The notes under the pieces were generated by a model. It worked only from the letters and a program-made list of their open reading frames with translations. It was not told the origin of the DNA and did no database searches. This document shows, piece after piece, positions 53,875 to 64,000 of a stretch of 64,000 nucleotides of DNA; the stretch's first letter is position 1, and the number at the start of each line of letters is the position of its first letter. Location: positions 76,322,001-76,386,000 of the forward strand of contig OZ024745.1 of NCBI GenBank assembly GCA_964016885.1. The letters are read 5' to 3'. The position numbers were made by a program, and so were the translations under genes. This DNA comes from Eledone cirrhosa. Lineage: Eukaryota.

Positions 53875-55780
53875 TTGAGCAACACAAGAACGCTGGAGAA
53901 CGTTAATAGAGAAAAGAGAGAGAAAGAGGCAGATATCAACGTTATATCTGCTTCTGCTACTATGGACGTCACCATAGATACAAGTGTCAACAAAGAAAAA
54001 AATATATTAACACTTGAAAATTTTAAAATTTCTACCGTCGAAGCGGAGAAAAATAACAATAACACGCAGGAAAACACAGGAATTAAACCCATTAACATAC
54101 ACACACATGAAAAAGACACCAACAACTCTACAGATACATCTACACATAAAGTTTCACCTCTACAAGGAACTGAGATTTCCAACAACGATAACAACAACAT
54201 CAACAGCAACACCACACAAAAAAAAAAATGTCTTTCGCTGAAACGGTGAACAAAAAACAAGATTTTATAAATCTTGATATCTCCAACGCAAGAGATATGC
54301 TCCAGCAAGGGAGAAAATTTGTAACTTTCGAAGAAAGAGGTGGGTTTAGAATTAACTCACCCCTTGAAATAAAGGAAGACACAATCCGCAGATCAGTCAC
54401 TTTTAGGACTGTGTCAAATTCGACAAGAAAGCCGACATTTGTTAATCAAGCAGATATAGAAGATACTTTCAAGGAAATTCTAGCAAATGTCGATTTTCTC
54501 CAGCGAGGAAAACAGTACGGAAGTATTTCCGTACTGTTTAAGAGCGAGGCACTCGCCCCAAAAAAAACTCTGTGACACCAATGGTGTCAAAAGCATACAC
54601 CTTTTTCCCTACATACATGGGGAAAAGGACACAAAAAATAAAAATAAAAAACATACCTCCAAACATTAACATCTGGTGGATCTTGGCTGGCTTCGTAGAG
54701 TCAGAAACTTATATGATACTTTCAATACGAAAATCTATTCGACAAAGGTGGGCGGGCACATATTTGGAGATTCTGTTGCAAATGAAACCGGAGAGAATCT
54801 CCAAAATACCCGAAAGAGTCGTTATTGATAATAACAACAAAATAAACATTTCGGTAGAAGGACGAACATTTCATTGCTTTCGCTGTGGTAGCACAGATCA
54901 CCTAAAAGCATCTTGTCCACAAACACACAACAACAACATCATAAAAAAACGCTATTACCAACACCAACACCAACACCAAAACAACCACCACCACCACAAG
55001 TACAACAACAGACGAAACGAGCAACCACACCAAAACAAACAGACACTCAACCAACAACAACAGAAAAAAAACAGAGACAACACCCTTGAAGAACACAGCC
55101 CCACTCCATCCCACTCCATCAAACACTACCACAAACGCACACACCGAAACACCACCACCACACAACATACCCTTACCCCACACACCTGACGATGATTATT
55201 CATCGACGGATGAAGCTGCTTCTCCTTCTTTAAGTGAAGAAGAGAGAGAACCGCGGAAATCTAAAAAACAAAAAAGAGACACCACAAACCCCCCAAAACT
55301 CCAATCACCAACACCAACACACAACCACAGGCACAAACAACAACACAAACAACACCACAGTCAAACATCCCCCTATCAGCAAAACCAGCACCAACACCAC
55401 CCCAAACACAAGCACCCACCATAAAAAGAAAACTCCCGGACGAACAACAAACTAAAACAACACAACAAAAACACAAACAACAATACGCATACATCAACAC
55501 AAACAACAAGAGTTTGATGGAAGTCATCTCCCAAAACCCCAAGGTGGAGACGGAGGGCAAAACTTTCGTCAAGGCAGAATCATCTCCACACCTTAAACTT
55601 ATAAGGGTTTCTATGGAAACCTATAATGACCTAAAAAATAAATTTTCACAGGACGTGGGCAACCCCTGCCACAAACCCATCAACCGCGTCCTGCTAAAAT
55701 GTTTCCCCACCTCACCCAACACCTCATCCAGCACCCAAATGGAGATTGAACAACCCGATCTCCAGGAAACGAAAAGGTAA
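53875..55780 (+). pseudogene. Tx1 ORF1 (gag-like, zinc knuckle), frameshifted
   Basis: Pieces 53875-54249, 54228-54575, 54572-55189, 55514-55780; breaks at A-runs (~54217 and ~54560). The start is TTG where the sibling copy at 59886 has ATG. Confidence 0.75.
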
Positions 55781-55821
55781 GTGCACCTTTCGTCCTTTTT
55801 CTCCAACTTTTCTTCACCAAC

Positions 55822-58800
55822 ATGGCTAGTTTACGAGTTGGAACCGTGAATGTGCGTGGCCTAGGGATGCCCTGGAAACAGGGCCAACTTTTAAACGACC
55901 TTAGGTCACACAGTGTGGATGTGATAGCCATCACCGAGTCCAGGATCCACAACAGGCAGCAACTAACCCCCATCCTCGACGACTTTGAGATCTACGCATC
56001 TCTCTGTCAGCCGGGAGGTGGAGGTGGAGTGGCTGTCATGTTTCGGAAGAACCTGGACGTCGAAGTACAGCAAGTACACTTGGACCCGGGAGGTAGACTG
56101 GTAGTCCTAGACGTGAACAGTATCGGAGGTGGAGCCTTCAGACTGGTGGCCGTTTATGCCCCGACCGGTCAATCGCAATCACGGTCAGACTTCTTTAAGC
56201 GTCTAGAGTCTTTTCTGGGAACGTCTCGCTCCCTACTTTTAGTGGAGGACTGGAATGGTATCCTAGATGCACGATGGGACTATGTGGGAGCATATCCCAG
56301 TAGAGCGGGGTGCAACAGCCTCAAAACTTTAATCGGCCAATTCCAACTGGCCGATAGGTATCGACTGGATTTCTCGACTGCACCACAGTGGACGTGGGCA
56401 AACCGCAGTGGGACATCTAGATCGTATTTAGGTTCTTCATTAGAGAAAGGGACAAGGAGATGTTAAGCTGTCCACGAATGCACATGGTTGCCTATTCAGA
56501 TCACAAGTTAGTCGTCTGCTTAGTCAACCGTGATAGAATACATAGACAGGGTCCCGGATACTGGAAGCTGAACGTGTCGTTGCCGACACGTAAAGCAGCT
56601 TACAGTGAACGGATAAGTAGACTAGTCAAGCAACAATTAACGGGAGCCATCGTCAACAATAGATGGTGGTACTCTCTCAAGAAAGCAATTAGAATAGAAT
56701 CGATAGGGTATAGCAGAGAGTTAGCCTTAGAGAAAAACAGAATAGAAAAAGAACTAGTAGCCAATGTAGAGGAGGAACTTAGAAGTGGCAACGCGGCTAG
56801 AGTGTTAGCGTCAAGAACGGCACTGGACCAGTTCTTCGATGCGAAACACGAAGGCTGCGTGGTCAGAAGCAAAATACGTGCTCTAGGAAACGAAGGAGCG
56901 AAAGCTGTCAGCTGGGCCCGAGTGGCGGAGGCAAAAAGTGGCAAGTCCACGATTCGGTCTTTGAAAGACCAAAACGGACGCGTGCTACTTGACCCCAAGC
57001 AAATGTGCGCGGCCTTTCAGCGGCACTTTGCGCGACTGTTTGAGCAAAACGACGGTGAGCCGAACGGGGCAATGGACTTTAGTTCATACCTCGACGGTCT
57101 GCCGCGTCTCTCGAACACGGACGCCGAGTTCTGCGAAAGACCGATCACGGACACTGAGATACGGGACGCTCTGGGCCGCTGCGGGAAACGCAAGTCACCC
57201 GGTCTAGATGGTCTACCCTACGAATTTTACATAGGCATGCCGGACTTGTTCTCTGGCGTCCTCGAAGCCGTCTACTGCAATTGGCAGCAAAACGGGAGAA
57301 TTCCCAGTTCTGCAGGCAAGGGCGTAGTAACGCTGATCAGGAAAGACGAAAACAGGGGGGACGAAATTAACAACTTCAGGCCCATAACTCTGCTCAACAC
57401 AGAGTTAAAGATTTTGGCCAAGGTGCTAGCGACGAGGTTGGCGCTTGTCGTCGAGAACCTGGTAGGGAAAACGCACACGTGTGCAATCCCGACCAGGTCC
57501 ATACACGACAACATCCACCTCATGCGATACATCATTGAGAGGGTGGGTAGTAAACCCGGCTTCGGTGGGGCTCTGATCAACTTGGATCAGTCTAAGGCAT
57601 TCGATAGGGTCGACCATCAATACTTGGAAGCGGTTCTCAAGGCGGCCGGTTTCGGTCCCGTGTTCAGAGGATGGACCGAGGCGATGCACACCAGCATCTG
57701 CTCGAAGGTCAAGGTGAACGGCTACCTATCGGAGCCGTTCTCAATCACGCGTTCCATTCGACAGGGATGCCCTCTCTCCTCCATTCTGTATGGATTGACT
57801 CTAGAGCCACTACTGCGGAAATTGGAGCTGTTGCAGGGCATCCCTCTAGAACCAGGACTGCGCAAAGCGGCGTCGGCTTATGCCGACGACGTGACGGTAA
57901 TGGTGTCGAGCACCTCGGAAATCGGGGTGATCGACAACTTACTGAAAGAATACGAAACGCTGACGGGAGCAAAACTAAACCCGGACAAGTCTGTCGGTTT
58001 GCAACTCGGCACGTGGAGAGGCAAACCGATGACGTCCGACAGCGTCGTTGGACGCTGGAGGGACGGACCGGTGAAATTGCTCGGGGTCTGGTTCGGTCCA
58101 GACCTCCAGGTGGAGAAAAACTGGAACGAGGTCACGGCCAAGGTGTTTGCACTCACCCAGAAGTGGGCAGAGTGCAAACTGTCCTTGAAAGGTCGAGCGG
58201 AGGTGGCGAACACTTTCATAGCCTCCGTCATCTACTACCGCTTGACTGCCGTGCCTTGTCCCCGCGAACACCTCGCCAAGATGGAACTCATGCTCTTCCA
58301 GTTTCTGTGGAAGAGGCAGGTTCCGCTGGTGAGGAGATCGAGGTCACGGCCAAGGTGTTTGCACTCACCCAGAAGTGGGCAGAGTGCAAACTGTCCTTGA
58401 AAGGTCGAGCGGAGGTGGCGAACACTTTCATAGCGTCCGTCATCTACTACCGCTTGACTGTCGTGCCTTGTCCCCGTGAACACCTCGCCAAGATGGAACG
58501 CATGCTCTTCCAGTTTCTGTGGAAGAGGCAGGCTCCGCTGGTGAGGAGATCCGTTTGCTGTCAGCACCCTTCCAACGGAGGGCTGGGAATGTCGTGGCTG
58601 ATGATGCGCAAACATGCGCTGAGGCTGCGGCATCTCCAGGTATTCCTCACCGACCCCCAACCGGTGTGGGCACCGTTTGTGAGACAGGCTTTTCCACAGC
58701 TCGTCTCGCTGACGGAACTGCAGTCCTGGGTGAAGAAAAGACCGAAAACGATGAGCGCCTGGCACATTGAATGCGCTCAGGCGTTCACAGTCCTCTGGCA

Positions 58801-59476
58801 AGCGGGCACAGCAATCAGTGGAGACTCCACTTCGACATTCTATAGAGGGATTGTACGTTACAATGGCGACGACGTTCTCGGAGAGACTCTGGGCGTCGAA
58901 GACGATGAGCTCACCAGTCTGTTTGGTAGGACTTTCCGCCCGGGACCTATGGACATATTCCAGAGGTCCCTGGCCTGGCAGTGCTATCGAGGAGCTTTAC
59001 CGGTTCGTGACAAGATCTACAGGCACGGACGCCCCGGCAGGGATCCTTCCAAGAGGACGTGTCCAAGATGCGCGCAGGACATTGAAACAGTCCTGCACGC
59101 AATTGTACACTGCCCGGGCGTAACCGACCTGTGGAACTATGCAGAACAACTGCTGTGGCGTATGGGACAAATCCAGTTGACTGCCGACTCCATAGTAAGG
59201 ATCAAACCGCCAGCCTCTTTCAAAAACGAAAGAGAGGCGGTTTTCCTCTGTACGGTGGCTATGGTGAAAGAAGTTATATGGTTGACGAGGTTGAGAGGAC
59301 TGAGGACAGATGCCTTTCTCTCCGGACAACAATTGATTCCCTTCTTTAAGTATCACTTTAGAAGGAGAATCAGGGTGGAGAGAGAGGCACTGCACCCCAG
59401 TAAACTTACTGAAAGGTGGGTGAATGAAGCGAAAATGGCCCGAGTGATTGGGCCTTCTCTGTTTATAAGCCTGTAG
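55822..59476 (+). pseudogene. Tx1 ORF2 (AP endonuclease - reverse transcriptase - CCHC), two frameshifts
   Basis: GTVNVRGL, AITES, VYAP, SDH, WKLN, KSPGLDGLPYEFY, FRPITLLN, LDQSKAFDRV, RQGCPLS, YADD, CPRC..ETVLHAIVHC. Frameshifts near 56430 and at the 212-bp duplication. Confidence 0.9.
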
Positions 59477-59700
59477 GTTGAGGAAGAGAGCAAAAGGAAG
59501 AAAGGAGCACTTGCACAACACGCTCCTGGAGTTGAGGGTTGTTCTATCGACGGGTATTAAACAACCCATTTGTGGCGCCTCCCCCCTATTGGGAATTTCG
59601 ATTGTTGCAATTGTTTGTTTTTATATTTTTTACACGACTTCATGTCTTTGTATTGTCCCCTTTTCTTGTGCGCCATTGTCGCTAATAAAGAAATATATCT

Positions 59701-60010
59701 GACGCGTGGAACATCGCTGGTAAGCTTTTTTGTAAATTTCTATACAAAAAAACTGGACTAATTGTTTGAAAAAACATATCATTTTGTAGATTAACCCCCA
59801 AGCTGAATTGTCAGCTGGGTGGTAATTTAATTAAAATTTAATTAAAAAATTGTTAAAAAAAATCAAATTTTGCCGACTATAAAAAATGAGTGACTCGGAA
59901 AGAACGCCGAAGAATGTTAAAAGAGAGAAGAGAGGTAGAAAGGAAGATATTAACGTTATATCTGCTTCTGCCACTCTGGATACGACTGTCAACAAGGAAA
60001 AAATATCAAA
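59701..60010 (+). mobile_element. 5' end of a second, diverged Tx1 copy (5' UTR + ORF1 start)
   Basis: Similar to 53673-54005; MSDSERTPKNVKREK..DINVISASAT. Confidence 0.85.
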
Positions 60011-61399
60011 AAAAGGACTTTCAGTAACGATAGCAACAATGTTTCTACAGTTCAAAGGTCATTCAAATAATTAAAATAAATACGTTAAAAGATGGTATTT
60101 TGAACAATGGAGAATTAATCCTTTTATTATATCAATCTGTTTGGGAATAGTAATGAAAACAGTTGTTCGTGATAATATAAGTTGTGGACCAACGGCAACA
60201 AGAAATCAGTTAAAATTATAAGCATGGTGATTAGGTTACTGTAAAGATGTGGTTACTGTAAAGATGTGGAACAATATGTAAGATTATGTCCGGTATGTTC
60301 TTGAATAAAATCGGAATTACTTCACACAGAGCGCATTTGGACTAATGAAATTAAAACATGGATATTTGTGCATATTAATCAAGATTATATTAAGAGTTAT
60401 GGACTATTCCTAATAAATGTCCTTGCATAATCTGCAAGGCCAAAAGTAATAAGAGTTAAGAATAAAATTGTTATCATTAATGCTGTTGTTGTTTCTCTCA
60501 CTGATGATGTTATAATGTTCATCTTTTGTTGTAGTGGTGGTGTCAGTGATATCGGTTTCATTGATACATATCGAAAGTTCTAAAGTGTATTTTCTCCCCA
60601 CCCACCAAAAAAAGATTCGTTTAATCTTTATTTACTTTTGCTAGATTTTGCTGTTATTCTAGCAGTAGTGGTAATTGAATTGATGACAGCCACTGTCGAT
60701 GTGGTAACTGGGCTTTATTAAGGCAGAGAAAGAATGACAAAGCCGGTTTTAACTCTTCTCCTCTTTTTCCATGTTATTCACTTGATGTTATTTGGAAAAA
60801 ACAATTTCAGATAAAAAAAGTCTCTTATAAAAATAGAGCATCACAATAGCCAGTAAAAACTTCCAAAAGCAAACCGTCAGACGGTGGCAACAAGAGACAG
60901 AACTCATGAGGTACAACGAGACACATCTAATGTAAACAAGTATTATACAACAACAACAAAAACGGAAGGCAGCAGTACCACCACCTACTCCTCCACCCTA
61001 CCATCAGTAGCCAATAATGATAACACGCGATACGGAAAACTAAAAATATTACACACCAGCCAATAAACCTGACAAACAGCGACTACACCTCATCTAGAAG
61101 AAAAAGTTGATTGGGTACTACTGAGCGCCAGTAGTACAACATACGAAAGAAGTTATTTATGTTTCCACTATGCTTCCCTCTCTCAAGGGCTTCTATGTGT
61201 TCATCATGTCTATAAACGTAGCAAATCAATTGCATATACAGCAACAATATTTACAGAAGAAATTAGACTTCACTTCAAATAACTATGTCAAACGTGGGAA
61301 ATATCAGAATATCCTACACTAGCTTAACAATACTTAATCGGTGCTTAGATAGTTCCTCAGGACAGCATCATTCATCCCGTATAAAACCCCTCTATAGAA

Positions 61400-62410
61400 T
61401 GTAATGGTTGATGTTCCACTTGCCGATTTACTCGACTGGTATAGGCTTGTGGACACCTGACAACTTTCCAACGTTTGCTAACGATTGACCAGGATTGCAG
61501 CTCCATCAAAAAGCGACAAATGCTTGCTCTCTTGGAATCTTCGCAGATGTTGCAGCCTCAGTGTATATCTGTTTATGTCTAGCTATAGAATTTGGAGCTT
61601 TCAACGTTGAAAGTATTGAAGACATATTGACATTAGGACTACTAAAATACGCCCTTTCACGCGTAACAACGGAGCAGAGATTTCTGAGCAGATGAAACTT
61701 GGGACTGGACATGACTGCCAGGCGGTAATATATTACAAGAGCGATACAGGCATTTGCCAGCTCTGTTAGAGCTTCAGTGATAGCTTCATCGAAACCCACA
61801 TTTGAGTAAGATAGGCCGCAGCGTTCCTAACGTTATTCTAATTCCTACTCATCGTGTGATCTTAGCAGAGGTTTCTTGATCCTGTGACAAACTCTCACCA
61901 CTATTAGCTTGCCACTCCAAGTAACGAGTTGCAAGGTCACCGACATGTATATATTAATCGTTAATGCATGCAGACATACTTCTCTTCTGTAATCGTTCGA
62001 GCGGAATTACCTTTAATAAATAGTTTCCACACAGACAAAATATACATGAAACAAAATGTACAGGAGCTATGGGAGAGATAGCGCACCCCTGTTAGGCGTG
62101 TTATTTAAAACGCCTCCAATAGGTTGTCATTCAGACTGACAACCAAATAGATGCTGTTTTACAAAGAAGTAATCCACCTTCTAAAAACGGGACCGAAACT
62201 TTACGCACTTAGGTCATATACCAGGTAACTGTGGTCGATCGTATCGAAAATAAGTCAGACTTATTGGCAATCTTCTCTGCGGTATATCGGATGATTTGCA
62301 GTTTGTCTTTAACAGATCTGTCGGGAAATGGACGAGTCTATAAATACCTATGGCAAGCACCAGCATGTTTGTGATAACAGTATAGTATAATTTAGAAGAT
62401 TGAAGCAATG
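61400..62410 (-). mobile_element. Highly decayed Tx1-like ORF2 remnant
   Basis: TELANACIALVIYYRLAV matches AEVANTFIASVIYYRLT; GIYRLV endonuclease remnant. Confidence 0.55.
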
Positions 62411-63229
62411 TTATAACATTTGACTTCTAAGTGGTTTATAAGAAAATGTAGTAAAATAACTAACGATTGCAGTGTAGTGTAGATTAGTGCAGCGTATGAA
62501 AGCAGACAACTGTGTGGATTTTTAATATATTTGTGTTGACGTGATTAGTTCGAATATTTTCGAACTTCAGGGTCAATGCCCGTTCTTAACTGAATTGCTC
62601 AACTCGCTATTTCTATATACATTACTATTAATTATTCCTTATTTCATAAGAAACTGTTCATACACAGTCGTGCTGCGAGATGGCTGAAACATTTTCCATT
62701 CTGCAGTAACTAATATTGCTCATATACCGTTAAAATTGTCCATTTATAATATAAATATCGTCGTTGTCGTTTCAAAATCATTCTGTCATTGATTATATAA
62801 TTGTTATTGTTGCTGTCGTTTAGGAGTTTTTTTTTCTCTCAGAACCAACATAACTAAGGGGTCATAGCTTCGTTCACTAATTTATTAAACAAATAAAATA
62901 AATTAATAATATCACACAATGTTATTTAGAAGGAAAGAAAATGAAACCAATAAATATAATAAATATATTAAATTTGGAAATAGAAAAATACACTTCAGAC
63001 GGAATTCATTGATTGAAATAAATTACTGTACGATTTCCGCTCTGCATAGTTATGGTAGAATATTAAAAACAAACAGAAACAGAACACACGAAAAAAAATA
63101 CAGACCAACAAAATAAGTATCAATGTCGTGATGATCATTGTAGAATTGTTACATTGATAGTAACTACTAGAAACAGTTGCCTTAATAAAATCCATCACAG
63201 AAACAGCAATGCAACATTAATAACATACA

Positions 63230-63557
63230 TTGGGGACACTCGGTCGATTACGACGACAAATGTTCCAGTTGATCCGAGCAACGGAACAGCCTGCTCGTGA
63301 AATTAATGTGCAAGTGGCTGAGCATTCCATAGACATGCTTACCCTTTACGTAGTTCTCAGGGATATGTAGTGTGACACAGTGTGTGGCAAGGTTGGTCCT
63401 TAGAATTACAGGTACAACTCATTTTTGCCAGCTGAGTGGACTGGAGCAACGTGAAATAAAGTGGCTTGCTCAAGGACACAACGTGCCGCCGGGAATCGAG
63501 CTCACGACCTTACGATTGTGAGCTGAATACCCAAACCACAAAGCCACGTGCCTTCAC
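63230..63557 (-). mobile_element. tRNA-derived SINE family C, near full length
   Basis: Minus-strand head gtgaaggcacgtggctt..tcgattccc, followed by ttgagcaag..cactttatttcacgttgctccag body. Confidence 0.8.
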
Positions 63558-64000
63558 AAACATAAATTACAACTTTAATATCAAGGAATAACTTTTACAA
63601 TCGCAAATTATAAAAACAACTCAAAACAAACAAAACAAACATCACAGCTATAAAAACCACAAAAATACAATCCCTTCCACAAAAAACAAAAATAAAGGAA
63701 AATCAAAGAGTCTCAATAAAGTTATCCCAACAATAACCAACACAAACTGCAACATCGACCACGATGACAATTACGATACCAATGACGTCGATGATAAAAG
63801 CAAGGATAGTAGCAATGCAACTGTATAAATTGCTGTTGCATTTAAAAGCTATTTAACAGAATAACAACAACAACAGCTACAATCCAATAAATGAAAGTAA
63901 ATCATCTATCTAACGCTAAAAACATTAAATCAGAGCACCCATTCCACCAATGCTTTCTATTTTATTAATCTCTTTTTTGCTCAACTGTTAAAATAGATTC

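Larger units (their letters stand above)
53673..59700 (+). mobile_element. Tx1-clade (L1 group) LINE, near full length
   Basis: 5' UTR with hairpins; ORF1 ~53875-55780 with CCHC knuckle CFRCGSTDHLKASC; ORF2 55822-59476 APE-RT-CCHC; 3' UTR ends gctaataaagaaatatatct. Confidence 0.92.

Noticed and set aside
54217-54570. Programmed frameshifting in Tx1 ORF1
   Set aside because: Breaks fall in A-homopolymers; mutation or sequencing error is simpler.
58235-59569. Antisense ORFs over Tx1 ORF2
   Set aside because: Shadow ORFs of GC-rich coding sequence.

Overview
AT-rich, repeat-dense animal (eukaryotic) genomic DNA, not prokaryotic. The SINE repertoire suggests an octopod cephalopod (inference). 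One host gene is reconstructable: an 8-exon, 399-aa divergent A/B-type cyclin on + (27153-43435), with all GT-AG junctions in phase. The rest is mostly mobile DNA: a deleted Chapaev3-like DNA transposon (518-1309); a near-full-length decayed CRE-clade RT-RLE retrotransposon with an N-terminal PHD finger (~1625-5320, -) plus a truncated second copy; two related LTR-like sequences; a head-to-tail array of a non-autonomous RTE-tailed element nested in (TATG)n tracts; a near-complete Tx1-clade LINE (53673-59700) sitting head-to-tail between relatives at ATCT junctions; HERO, R4/Dong, RTE, CR1/L2 and Gypsy fragments; about 20 tRNA-derived SINEs; and many microsatellites. The most notable non-coding signal is a type I hammerhead ribozyme fold (14605-14666) in a ~480-bp (TA)n-flanked module that also carries a 33-bp triple repeat with octamer motifs and lies next to a perfect 48-bp-arm palindrome.
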